A program made the position numbers and the translations under genes. The notes beneath the pieces are model-generated. The model saw only the letters and a program-made list of their open reading frames with translations, was not told the DNA's origin and ran no database searches. Below, in pieces: positions 47,336 to 56,609 of a stretch of DNA of 64,000 nucleotides (within the stretch, counting starts at the first letter, position 1; each line of letters begins with the position of its first letter). The DNA is from Nitrospirota bacterium (GTDB taxonomy: Bacteria; Nitrospirota; Thermodesulfovibrionia; Thermodesulfovibrionales; SM23-35): assembly GCA_040753955.1 (NCBI GenBank), contig JBFMDQ010000001.1, positions 44,668-108,667 on the forward strand. The letters run 5' to 3'.

Positions 47336-49816
47336 ATGATAAAACTGAGATGGTCTATAGCCTTATTCCTTATATTTATTTTTTCAGGGAGTGTATTTGC
47401 CCAGGAGATTCAGATGGTTCCAATAACGCCTGCATATCAGCAGTTACCCTTTGGTTTTGCCCAACCTCTTCCACCTATACAAGGCCAGTGGCCAACCTTA
47501 CAACAGCCACCACCTCAGCCACCTCCCGTACAACCGGTTCCGCCACCTACTCGGCCTCCTTCTGTAGAAAAACCCTCAGAGTTTGAGCAGTATATCTCTG
47601 AGCAGGTGTTAGAAATTAATGAATTTCAGCTTGAGATTCTTAAAAGATTCGAGGGGATTACCTTCCAGTATTCGGCAAAGAATTTACCAAAGGATAAAAT
47701 CGCAATTCCTGTTAAAGTCATTAAGATTGCCAAGCGGATAGAAAGAGAGGTAGAAAGAGAGGAAAAATGGATCAAAGTGAAAAAAGAGAAAGAAGGGGTC
47801 AAAAAAGAAGCAGAGATAAAAGAATTTGAAATTACTCCCACCCCAATAATATTTGACGCAGGGTTCTTAATTGGGACACCTGAAGCAATAGTTGGTGCAT
47901 TTAAAATATTAGGTATAAAAAGCCCATTTGCAGTATCTACTGATATAAAGCAATTTGGCTACGACCTCTTCAGGCAGCCTCCATCCACCTTTGCCCCTGT
48001 TGATAATATACCTGTGGGCCCTGATTATGTCCTTGGTCCTGGGGATGAGATAAGAATGACTATATGGGGGAAGATCGAGGGTCAGTGGTCAGTCGTGGTT
48101 GACAGGGATGGCAATATCAGCCTTCCAAAAGTTGGTATCCTTGGGGTTACGGGACTTACCTTTAAAGAATTAAAAGAGCTCTTGCATAAAGAGTTTTCGA
48201 AATACTACACAGGCTTTGAGATGAATGTGAGCATGGGTCCATTAAGGACAATAAGGGTCTATGTTGTCGGTAATGCAGAAAGACCAGGGGCATACACCGT
48301 TTCTTCCCTTTCAACCCTTGTCAATGCCTTATTTGAGGCAGGTGGTCCGAGTAAGACAGGGACTATGAGGGATATACAGGTTAAGAGGAATGGCAAGACC
48401 ATTGTCCATTTTGATATATATGATTTTTTATTAAAGGGTGATAAGACAAAAGATATAAGGCTTATGCCAGAGGATGTGATATTTATACCACCAGTGGGGC
48501 CTCTTGTTGCCATCGCAGGTAGCGTCAATAACCCTGCTATATATGAGCTTAAAGGGGAGACAGCGATTTCCCAATTGATAGAATTGGCTGGCGGGTTGAG
48601 CGACATTGCATTTAAGGGTAGGGTTCAGATCGAGCGGATTGTTGATAATTCTCGCCAGATAGTATTTGAATCCGACCTTGCTGGAGCAAATGATATGAAA
48701 GTTCAATCTGGGGATGTGGTAAAAATATACCAGATTGTTCAAGACAAAAGAATTGTAAGGATTTCCGGCGCTGTACAGAGGGAAGGTGAGTATGGGTTAA
48801 AGTTAGGAATGACTGTAAAGGATTTAATTTTAATGGCAGGCGGGCTTAAGTATTATACATACAAAAAAGAGGCAGAATTGACGAGGGTGCATGTCACAGA
48901 AGAAGGCCCGGTAACCGAGAAGATCATAATCAATCTTGAAAAGGCCTTAGCAGGGGAACCTGAAAGCAATGTTCTGCTTAAGGAGGAGGACTACCTCTTT
49001 GTCCGTGCCGTCCCAGAGTGGCAGCTTTATCGGACAGTGACCATATCTGGTGAGGTTAAATTTCCTGGCACCTATACCATCAAAAAAGGTGAAAAACTAT
49101 CCTCCCTGATCGAAAGGGCAGGGGGCTATACAGACAATGCATATCTTGGAGGAGCTGTATTTATAAGAGAGAGGGTAAGAGAATTACAGCAGAGACAACT
49201 TGATGAGATGGTGGAGAGGCTTGAAAGGGAGTTGTTAGGAAGGGGTGCAGCAGAGATAGCGGCTACCTTATCCCCTGAGGAGGCAAAGATTAAGGAATAT
49301 GAAATCAAACAAAAAAGAGACTTTGTAGCCGCTCTGAAAGGCGTGAAGGCAAAGGGCAGGATGGCTATAAAGATAGACCAGCCTGAGTTTCTGAAAAAGA
49401 CACCTTATGACGTAGAGCTTGAGGAAGATGATAGCCTGTTTATCCCATCAAATCCTCAGAGTATTCAGGTCATAGGGTCTGTATATAACCAGACAGCCTT
49501 TGTTTATGATAAAGACAAGGGTTATTCCAGATATATTGATTTAGCCGGTGGATATACAGAGAATGCTGATAAAAAGAGTGTATATATACTTAAGGCTGAT
49601 GGGACCGCTGTGAGACCCGGGGGTGGTTTCCTCGGTATATCCTGGAGCAAGGATTCCAATAGGTGGGAATTTGGAGGTCAGGAATTGGAGCCAGGGGATA
49701 CTATAGTAGTTCCTGAAAAACTTGAAAGGATTGCCTGGGTGCGTGAGATTAGGGATTTAACACAGATACTCTATCAGATGGCGGTAACAGCAGGAGTGTT
49801 GATTGTTATGTTTTAA
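47336..49816 (+). CDS. polysaccharide export protein (Wza-like Poly_export domain plus multiple SLBB domains)
   Basis: Signal peptide MIKLRWSIALFLIFIFSGSVFAQ after AGGAGG, a Pro-rich linker, PVGPDYVLGPGDEIRMTIWG, and repeated SLBB-like units (RVYVVGNAERPGAY, VRISGAVQREGEY, VTISGEVKFPGTY, IQVIGSVYNQTAF). The ORF track starts at 47252. Confidence 0.8.
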   Translation: MIKLRWSIALFLIFIFSGSVFAQEIQMVPITPAYQQLPFGFAQPLPPIQGQWPTLQQPPPQPPPVQPVPPPTRPPSVEKPSEFEQYISEQVLEINEFQLEILKRFEGITFQYSAKNLPKDKIAIPVKVIKIAKRIEREVEREEKWIKVKKEKEGVKKEAEIKEFEITPTPIIFDAGFLIGTPEAIVGAFKILGIKSPFAVSTDIKQFGYDLFRQPPSTFAPVDNIPVGPDYVLGPGDEIRMTIWGKIEGQWSVVVDRDGNISLPKVGILGVTGLTFKELKELLHKEFSKYYTGFEMNVSMGPLRTIRVYVVGNAERPGAYTVSSLSTLVNALFEAGGPSKTGTMRDIQVKRNGKTIVHFDIYDFLLKGDKTKDIRLMPEDVIFIPPVGPLVAIAGSVNNPAIYELKGETAISQLIELAGGLSDIAFKGRVQIERIVDNSRQIVFESDLAGANDMKVQSGDVVKIYQIVQDKRIVRISGAVQREGEYGLKLGMTVKDLILMAGGLKYYTYKKEAELTRVHVTEEGPVTEKIIINLEKALAGEPESNVLLKEEDYLFVRAVPEWQLYRTVTISGEVKFPGTYTIKKGEKLSSLIERAGGYTDNAYLGGAVFIRERVRELQQRQLDEMVERLERELLGRGAAEIAATLSPEEAKIKEYEIKQKRDFVAALKGVKAKGRMAIKIDQPEFLKKTPYDVELEEDDSLFIPSNPQSIQVIGSVYNQTAFVYDKDKGYSRYIDLAGGYTENADKKSVYILKADGTAVRPGGGFLGISWSKDSNRWEFGGQELEPGDTIVVPEKLERIAWVREIRDLTQILYQMAVTAGVLIVMF

Positions 49817-51266
49817 GTGTGCAATTCTTATTGTCAGTACTTTAATGATTGTCCCATGTGCTATGGCTTCCCCATATCTGCCCGTGGGGGATGAAGCCTA
49901 TGATATCCTGCACCACCTCGAGGCAGAAGGGGTCATACAAAGCGGATTACTAACAACAAAGCCCCTTAGCCATAAGGAAATAGCAAGGCTTGTGTTTGAG
50001 GCAGAGAGGAATTCTGTCGATAAAAGTTTATTTATTCAAAGACTGGTTAAGACATTAAAAGAAAGATTTGAGGATGAGATTGGTGATGCTAAGTATATAA
50101 AACCCATTGATCTCTTCTATGGCAGGTATATATATGCGGATTCAGATATTCAGGCATTATACTACAACAATGATGGAGACCATTATGAAAAAGGTTCCAA
50201 TCTTAGGTCAGGCTTTTCTTCAAGGGCAGAGTTAGAGTGGGTGTCAGTTTATATCAATCCAGAGGTCAGGTATTCAGATAGTGATACAGATCTGGTAATG
50301 AAGAGGGGATACGGAGTTCTGAGTTTTTTAGGAGCGGGCCTTGCATTGGGCAAGGATTCTCAATGGTGGGGGCCAGGATACCATGGATCGATACTCCTTT
50401 CAAACAATACTGAACCAATGACAATGTTGAGGCTTACCAATTCACAGCCTGTACTGCTTCCATGGATTTTTAAATACCTTGGTCCGTTCAGATTTACCTT
50501 CTTTGCTACAAGGCTTGAGAAGGAAAGAAACGATTTCCCGGAGCCATATTTATGGGGGATGCGTTTTAATTTTAAGCCGCATCCATACCTTGAGATAGGA
50601 CTTCAAAGAACAGCCCTCTTAGGTGGAAAGGGGCGTTCGGAGGATTTAGGGACATGGCTAAAAAGCCTCACGGGAAAGGGGGAAAATGTACCCGGCGTTG
50701 AGGCAGGTGACCAGAAGGCAGGTTTTGATATAAAATTAACCCTGCCATTTAAATGGCAGCCATTACAGGTATATGCAGAGGCTGCTGGAGAAGATGAGGC
50801 AGGAGGATTGCCTTATAAGTGGGCATATCTCACGGGTATATATCTACCGAGGATACTCAGCCTTGAGAGAATCAGTATGAGGGGAGAATATGCCACTACC
50901 CATGTGGAAGGTTCACCGAATGTCTGGTATACTCACGGTATTTATACTGATGGCTACAAATACAAAGGCAGGATAATAGGGCATCACATGGGAACAGATT
51001 CGAAGGATATTTTTTTAGAGGTATCATACCTCATACCTGAGCGTAATGGAAGAATATCTATTTTTTATGACCGGGAAGAGCATAACCTTTCAGGGACAGT
51101 AAGAGAGAAGAAGGATGAGGTTGATGTGAGGGTAGATATTAAATTGGCTAAGGATTTGAAGGTAAAGACATCATATGGATATGGGAAGATTAAAAATATA
51201 GGAAATATCCCTGCTGAGGATAGAAAAATAAATATAATCATTGGTATGATAAGTTATAATTTTTAG
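49803..51266 (+). CDS. wzi: capsule assembly protein Wzi family (outer-membrane beta-barrel)
   Basis: Signal peptide ...IVPCAMA|SPY. The N-terminal helical bundle PVGDEAYDILHHLEAEGVI..LTTKPLSHKEIARL is typical of Wzi, and a beta-rich body follows. Confidence 0.7.
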   Translation: MLCFKCAILIVSTLMIVPCAMASPYLPVGDEAYDILHHLEAEGVIQSGLLTTKPLSHKEIARLVFEAERNSVDKSLFIQRLVKTLKERFEDEIGDAKYIKPIDLFYGRYIYADSDIQALYYNNDGDHYEKGSNLRSGFSSRAELEWVSVYINPEVRYSDSDTDLVMKRGYGVLSFLGAGLALGKDSQWWGPGYHGSILLSNNTEPMTMLRLTNSQPVLLPWIFKYLGPFRFTFFATRLEKERNDFPEPYLWGMRFNFKPHPYLEIGLQRTALLGGKGRSEDLGTWLKSLTGKGENVPGVEAGDQKAGFDIKLTLPFKWQPLQVYAEAAGEDEAGGLPYKWAYLTGIYLPRILSLERISMRGEYATTHVEGSPNVWYTHGIYTDGYKYKGRIIGHHMGTDSKDIFLEVSYLIPERNGRISIFYDREEHNLSGTVREKKDEVDVRVDIKLAKDLKVKTSYGYGKIKNIGNIPAEDRKINIIIGMISYNF

Positions 51267-51285
51267 TCAAAATAAGTGGGGTTTT

Positions 51286-51732
51286 ATGGACGAGAAGGCT
51301 TTAGTAGAAATGGTGAGAGGGGTAGTAAGAGAGGAACTAAATACCTTTAGACAGGAAGTAGCCACAAAGGAAGACCTGAAGGCATTTGCAACAAAGGAAG
51401 ATATCAAGGTATTTGCAACAAAAGAAGATTTTGGCAACTTTTTATTAAGATTCGATGCCAGGATGAAACAATTTCAAGAAGGTGTTCAATTGACGCTCAA
51501 AGAATTCGGGCATGACATACAGGAGATAAAGCTGAAACTATCTCTGGAGTATGGTTCATATAGCAGTGTAATGTCTTTAATAGATCAGGCAGTAGGCATT
51601 ATGCAGCGGAGTGAACATGAACAGGTTTTACATCGCCAGCAGACAGTAAGGGAATTGGTTGAGCTTGAAAAAAGGATTGAGAGAATTGAGGAATTCAAAA
51701 AGAAAGTCCTCGAAAAGATAGCAGAGGTATAA
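51286..51732 (+). CDS. coiled-coil protein with ATKED[LI]K[AV]F triple repeat, unknown function
   Basis: 148-aa ORF with a 27-nt tandem repeat x3 at 51361-51441 and a heptad-rich C-terminus. Confidence 0.55.
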   Translation: MDEKALVEMVRGVVREELNTFRQEVATKEDLKAFATKEDIKVFATKEDFGNFLLRFDARMKQFQEGVQLTLKEFGHDIQEIKLKLSLEYGSYSSVMSLIDQAVGIMQRSEHEQVLHRQQTVRELVELEKRIERIEEFKKKVLEKIAEV

Positions 51733-51734
51733 AG

Positions 51735-52946
51735 ATGGAAGAGAAAAATAAACAGATTAATGATGACGAGATAAACCTTCTTGACTACATTGTTGTCCTC
51801 GCAAAGCGTAAAGGTCTTATCGTCGGCATTACCTTAGGTGCTGCCATAATCACCGCTATCATAAGCCTTATCATGCCGCCGATATATAGAGCAGAGACAA
51901 AGATACTTCCACCACAGCAGAGCAGTTCAAGTATGGCCCAGTTTATGAGTCAGTTTGGTGGTGCTGCAGGTCTGGCCGGAGGTGCCCTCGGCATCCCCGG
52001 CATAAAGACCCCGAATGACCTCTATATAGGGTTATTAAAAAGCAGACCTGTCCTTGATAACATTATTGACAGGTTCAACCTGATGGGGCTTTATAAGACT
52101 GAAAGCCGTGAGGGTGCAAGGCGGGGTATTGCTGGTGCACTGAAGCCTAAGGACGACAAAAAGAGCGGCATAATAACCATTTGGGTTGAGGATAAAGACC
52201 CCAAAAGGGCTGCTGAATTGGCAAATGCCTTTGTGGAGGAGCTTGGAAATCTAAATAATGTACTCGCTGTCACCGAGGCTGCACGAAGAAGGCTTTTCTT
52301 TGAGGAGCAATTGAAGGATGTAAAAGAATCCCTCATAAAGGCAGAGGAGTCTATGAAAGGGTTTCAAGAGAAGACAGGTGCCATCAAGATAGATGAGCAG
52401 GCAAAGGCAGTAATAGTAGGCATTGCAAACCTGAGGGCACAGATTGCTGCAACAGAGGTAGGGCTGAAGGTAATGAGGACATATGCAACGCCCCATAACC
52501 CGGACCTACAGAGGGCAGAGGAAGAGCTAAGGGGTCTAAGGGTAGAGTTAAGCAAGCTTGAGGCAAAAGGTGGTGGCCAAAATCCAGACCCCCTCATGCC
52601 AACGGGTAGAATACCAGGAGTGGGAACAGAGTATGTAAGAAAGCTCAGGGATTTTAAATACAACGAGGCCCTTTATGAAATCCTGCTTAAACAGTTTGAG
52701 GCTGCAAAACTCGATGAGGCCAAGGATGCTGCAATAATTCAGGTAATAGAGAAGGCAATACCGCCAGAAAAAAGGGTAAAGCCAAAAAGAAAACAGATGG
52801 TAATGATTGCGTTGGTCACAGGGTTCTTTATTTCAGTATTTGCAGCATTTTTTTTGGAATATATAGAGAAGTCATCGAAGGGCCCTGACAATAAAGAGCG
52901 ATTTGAAACACTCAAGAGATATGCTAATTTCCGTTTCAAGAGATAG
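51735..52946 (+). CDS. polysaccharide chain-length determinant (Wzz/GumC-type co-polymerase, no kinase domain)
   Basis: Wzz N-terminal motif EINLLDYIVVLAKRKGLIV..PPIYRAETKIL, a long coiled-coil periplasmic region, and a C-terminal TM helix. Confidence 0.8.
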   Translation: MEEKNKQINDDEINLLDYIVVLAKRKGLIVGITLGAAIITAIISLIMPPIYRAETKILPPQQSSSSMAQFMSQFGGAAGLAGGALGIPGIKTPNDLYIGLLKSRPVLDNIIDRFNLMGLYKTESREGARRGIAGALKPKDDKKSGIITIWVEDKDPKRAAELANAFVEELGNLNNVLAVTEAARRRLFFEEQLKDVKESLIKAEESMKGFQEKTGAIKIDEQAKAVIVGIANLRAQIAATEVGLKVMRTYATPHNPDLQRAEEELRGLRVELSKLEAKGGGQNPDPLMPTGRIPGVGTEYVRKLRDFKYNEALYEILLKQFEAAKLDEAKDAAIIQVIEKAIPPEKRVKPKRKQMVMIALVTGFFISVFAAFFLEYIEKSSKGPDNKERFETLKRYANFRFKR

Positions 52947-52951
52947 ATTGT

Positions 52952-53716
52952 GTGAAAAGATTTGCATTGGTGCTGCCCTTCCTTTTATTAATTGTCTCTG
53001 CCAATGAATCTTTAGCAGCCGAAGACTCCCTGATTACCCAGGACATTGCAATCATAAAAAGGGATTACAGAAATTTTTATCTTGATAAAGATAATCTGGC
53101 TAAATTAGGTGTAGGTATTGCAGGTGCAGGTATTTTTGCAAATACATCAATGGATGGTGACATACAGGAATTTTATCAGGACAATATAAGGGGTGAAACA
53201 ACCGATAGTATGTCCAAAATACTAAAGCTTCCCGGTAATGTCTTTGTAACAATACCTCTGCTTTTTAGTGCACGTATCTTTTTAAAGGAGATGCCAGCAG
53301 GCAAATGGGCGCAGAAATCCCTCAGGGCAATAATTGTGGGTGCACCTGCCGGGCTATTTATTCAAAGGGCAATCGGGGCATCAAGACCATCAGAAGATGA
53401 TTCAAAATGGAGACCCCTTAAGGATGCCGATGGACTTAGCGGCCATGTCTTTATCGGTGCAGTGCCTTTTATAACTGCTGCCAAAATGAATGATAACCCA
53501 TATATTAAGGGTATTCTGTATGGACTTTCTGTTTTACCAGGACTATCAAGGATAAATGATAATAAGCATTACTTCTCGCAGGCTGCACTTGGCTGGTATC
53601 TTGCATTTTTAAGTTGTAGTGCCATTGAAAAAACAGAATCTAAAAATAGAACAAAATTTCTGATTACTCCTCTTTCAGGTAATGGTGTAGCTGTATTTGT
53701 AGGTCATGTTTTTTAA
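52952..53716 (+). CDS. PAP2-superfamily phosphatase-like membrane protein
   Basis: PAP2 motifs in order: ..GASRPSEDD, LSGH, LSRINDNKHYFSQAALG. Signal peptide present; GTG start. Confidence 0.65.
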   Translation: MKRFALVLPFLLLIVSANESLAAEDSLITQDIAIIKRDYRNFYLDKDNLAKLGVGIAGAGIFANTSMDGDIQEFYQDNIRGETTDSMSKILKLPGNVFVTIPLLFSARIFLKEMPAGKWAQKSLRAIIVGAPAGLFIQRAIGASRPSEDDSKWRPLKDADGLSGHVFIGAVPFITAAKMNDNPYIKGILYGLSVLPGLSRINDNKHYFSQAALGWYLAFLSCSAIEKTESKNRTKFLITPLSGNGVAVFVGHVF

Positions 53717-53729
53717 GTCTGATTTCTGA

Positions 53730-53944
53730 CCCAGATTATTCATAAATTTTTCTGATTGAACTGAGGATAGAGTATTCTCGCTCATTCTCGTCCCGCACCA
53801 TGATATGGTGCGAGACTCCGAGGCTTTTGCCTCTTTATTATTAAAAATAGGCTTAAGGGTCCTGAATCAAGTTCAGGATCGGCAAAAGAAACCGCTCAAA
53901 TACTCTATCCTCAATTGGTGTGCCCATTTTATGAATAATCTGGG
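53730..53944. mobile_element. MITE (outer element, TIR CCCAGATTATTCAT)
   Basis: cccagattattcat (53730-53743) pairs with atgaataatctggg (53931-53944). Flanks are ctga / ctaa. It contains the 148-bp inner element. The TIR is related to that of the MITE at 56610-56836. Confidence 0.65.
53764..53911. mobile_element. 148-bp MITE (AGGATAGAGTAT TIR family), nested copy A
   Basis: aggatagagtat...atactctatcct termini. The ~100-nt core is near-identical to 62661-62802, including the hairpins ggcttttgcc/ggcaaaag and tcctgaa-tcaag-ttcagga. Confidence 0.8.
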
Positions 53945-53954
53945 CTAAAGGGGT

Positions 53955-53981
53955 AAAAGGGGCAGTTAAACTGCCCCTTTT
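53955..53981 (-). terminator. rho-independent (bidirectional) terminator after atpE
   Basis: aaaaggggcag-ttaaa-ctgcccctttt. GC-rich stem flanked by A and T runs, 20 nt downstream of the atpE stop. Confidence 0.7.
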
Positions 53982-54000
53982 ATGATGATGCGTATACGCA

Positions 54001-54354
54001 TTAGTGAAGTAGCTTTCCGAAAGGATTCACAAAGAGGATGATGAGAACCACAACCAGGGCATAGATTGTTAGTGACTCCATCAGTGCAAGACCGATGATG
54101 AGGGTTGTTGTGATCTTACCTGTTGTGCCCGGATTTCTGGCTATTCCTTCGCATGCCTTACTTGTGCCAATGCCCATACCAATGCCTGAGCCAATGGCAC
54201 CAAGTCCTATTCCGATACCGCAGCCGAGTGCAGCCAGTGCATAATAAAGGATGTTTGAACCCTTTTCGGGTGCAGCCTCCTCAGCAAAACATAAAGGCGC
54301 TAATACCCATAAAAGTGCGAGGGTAAGCAGAATTACAGTCTTAGTCTTCTTCAT
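54001..54354 (-). CDS. atpE: F0 ATP synthase subunit c with N-terminal signal-like extension
   Basis: [35 protein letters not shown] forms the c-subunit hairpin. ATG 54354 follows AAAGGAGGG. An extra N-terminal hydrophobic segment [24 protein letters not shown]|EE precedes it. Confidence 0.9.
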   Translation of the reverse strand: MKKTKTVILLTLALLWVLAPLCFAEEAAPEKGSNILYYALAALGCGIGIGLGAIGSGIGMGIGTSKACEGIARNPGTTGKITTTLIIGLALMESLTIYALVVVLIILFVNPFGKLLH

Positions 54355-54388
54355 TATTTTTCTCCCTCCTTTCAATAGTAATTTTTAA

Positions 54389-55087
54389 TTAATGTGCCTC
54401 TTCAACAGCACCGGCAAAATAACATACTGACAAAAGTGTAAAGACAAAGGCCTGGACAACGGCGACGAGGACACCGAGTCCTAAAATCAAAGTCGGGAAA
54501 ATCCATGGGGCAATAATCGCAAGGATTAAAAGTAATACATGTTTTGCAGTCATATTGCCAAACAACCGGATTGTAAGGGTAAAGGGCCTTGCGAGGTGGC
54601 TGATAAACTCTACAACGAACATCAGTATCATGAGCGGGAGCGCAACTATAGAACGGATGGGACCAAGAAAATGGTATATGTATTTAATCCCGTGAATCCT
54701 TATCCCATAAAATTGGTATGCTATAAAGACAGGTACCGCCATAGCTGCATTTGTATTTACATTGGCTGTAGCTGAAGCGAATCCCGGTATCAGACCCATG
54801 AAATTACAGAGAAGTATGAATATAAATATCGTGCAGATGAAAGAAAATACTTGTCTGCCCCAACGGTGGCCTATATTGTCCTCTACTAATTTTAAGATTG
54901 CCTCTGTTATCACCTCCATGAAATTCTGAATGCCTCTTGGTACTAAACGGACAGATGTTCTTATGATAAGGGCTACAACTATTAAAATTATAGATGCAAG
55001 AAAGGCGTGGCTCACATTATGCGGTATTACCTCAGGATTAATAATGGCATCCATTAAAAGGGTCTCGTGTAAAGCTTCTACTGCCAT
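54389..55087 (-). CDS. atpB: F0 ATP synthase subunit a
   Basis: Essential Arg motif TLTIRLFGNMTAKH. Polytopic, 232 aa. Confidence 0.9.
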   Translation of the reverse strand: MAVEALHETLLMDAIINPEVIPHNVSHAFLASIILIVVALIIRTSVRLVPRGIQNFMEVITEAILKLVEDNIGHRWGRQVFSFICTIFIFILLCNFMGLIPGFASATANVNTNAAMAVPVFIAYQFYGIRIHGIKYIYHFLGPIRSIVALPLMILMFVVEFISHLARPFTLTIRLFGNMTAKHVLLLILAIIAPWIFPTLILGLGVLVAVVQAFVFTLLSVCYFAGAVEEAH

Positions 55088-55167
55088 AGGTACCTCCTCG
55101 GAGAAAAATCGGTGTTATACTACATAAGCCCTCTCTAAAAGTCAAGAGTTAAATATATCTATTTTTA

Positions 55168-56568
55168 TCAGGAAAAAGGTTCCTTAAGCTCTGAAATCAC
55201 CTTATTGAGTTTACCTTCAACAAGCTCCCTTATCTCCCTAAGAGAATCTTCATCTTTTGCCTCGAACCTCAGCACAAGTGCTGGCTGGGTGTTTGAAGCC
55301 CTTATAAGTCCCCATCCTTTATCGAAATTAATCCTTATGCCGTCAATGTCATTAAAAGGGTAATCCCTGAATACCTCCTTCGCCCTCTCGACTATTTTGA
55401 ACTTTATATCATCAGGACATCCGAGTCTTATCTCAGGGGTTGAGACGCTTTTTGGGACATCGCTGAGCAGTCTCTCTATAGAATAAGGGCTTCCCCTCTT
55501 AGAGAGTATCTCGAGAAGTCTCAGGCTTGTGTACACAGCATCATCATATCCAAAGTACCTGTCAGCAAAGAATATATGCCCGCTCATCTCTCCACCGAGG
55601 AGTGCACCCGCCTCCTTCATCTTATGTTTTATGAGTGAGTGACCGGCCTTCCACATAATAGGATTCCCTCCGAGCCTTTCTATTTCATCATACATTACCT
55701 GAGAACATTTAACCTCGCCAACAAAAATTGGTTTCTCCTTAATTCCTTTTGACTTCTGGCTGTCAATGATGTCTCGTGCGAATATGATCATCAGTCTGTC
55801 TCCCCATACAACCTCGCACTTATCACTCACAACTCCTATCCTGTCAGCATCTCCGTCATAACCGATACCAATGTCCGCACCTGAGGATACGACCTTTGCA
55901 ATAAGGTCTTTTATATTCTCCATTACTGTGGGGTCTGGATGATGGTTCGGGAAGTTTCCATCAGGCTCGCAATAAAGTTCTATTACTTCACAACCGAGTT
56001 CTCTCATGAGTTGTGGTGCAACGAGGCCGGCTGTACCGTTACCAGCATCAATTACAACCTTTATCCTGCTAAGGGGAGGGAAACCTCTCTTGAGGTGCTC
56101 CATATATTTCGGGATTATCTCATAAACTTCGGCCTTTCCTTCCCCTTCTATAAAATCACACCCATCACATATCTTTCTTATATCCTGTATCTTTTCACCA
56201 TAAAGGGTCTCTTTACCTACACTCAGCTTCAGGCCATTGAATTCAGGTGGATTGTGGCTTCCCGTAATCATTACCCCACCGTCAACTGGGAGGTGAAATA
56301 GAGAAAAATATTGTAAGGGAGTTGGGCATACGCCAATATCTACAACATCAATGCCACTACCAAGGAGTCCTCGTGAGAGGGCCTCAAATATGACAGAAGA
56401 ACTCAGCCTTACATCTCTTCCAATGCTTACCTTTATCTTTTCTTTTTTAAGGGTGCCCCTCAGATAAACTGCGAATGCCCTTCCTATTTTTTCGATAACC
56501 TCCTCTGTAAGGTCCTTCCCCCATATCCCTCTTACATCATACTGTCTGAAGATTGCAGGATTTATCAT
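55168..56568 (-). CDS. phosphomannomutase/phosphoglucomutase
   Basis: Active-site TGSHNPPEFNG, Mg site GYDGDADR, and sugar loop GGEMSGH. Confidence 0.9.
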   Translation of the reverse strand: MINPAIFRQYDVRGIWGKDLTEEVIEKIGRAFAVYLRGTLKKEKIKVSIGRDVRLSSSVIFEALSRGLLGSGIDVVDIGVCPTPLQYFSLFHLPVDGGVMITGSHNPPEFNGLKLSVGKETLYGEKIQDIRKICDGCDFIEGEGKAEVYEIIPKYMEHLKRGFPPLSRIKVVIDAGNGTAGLVAPQLMRELGCEVIELYCEPDGNFPNHHPDPTVMENIKDLIAKVVSSGADIGIGYDGDADRIGVVSDKCEVVWGDRLMIIFARDIIDSQKSKGIKEKPIFVGEVKCSQVMYDEIERLGGNPIMWKAGHSLIKHKMKEAGALLGGEMSGHIFFADRYFGYDDAVYTSLRLLEILSKRGSPYSIERLLSDVPKSVSTPEIRLGCPDDIKFKIVERAKEVFRDYPFNDIDGIRINFDKGWGLIRASNTQPALVLRFEAKDEDSLREIRELVEGKLNKVISELKEPFS

Positions 56569-56609
56569 AGCTAATTCCTACTTTTTAATTACTAATCTCT
56601 GCCTCCTAA

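Noticed and set aside
54001-54354. Calling the c subunit Na+-specific
   Set aside because: The Glu-Ser...Tyr spacing is compatible, but the first-helix Gln equivalent is Met and I cannot align reliably without tools. Left as an open question.
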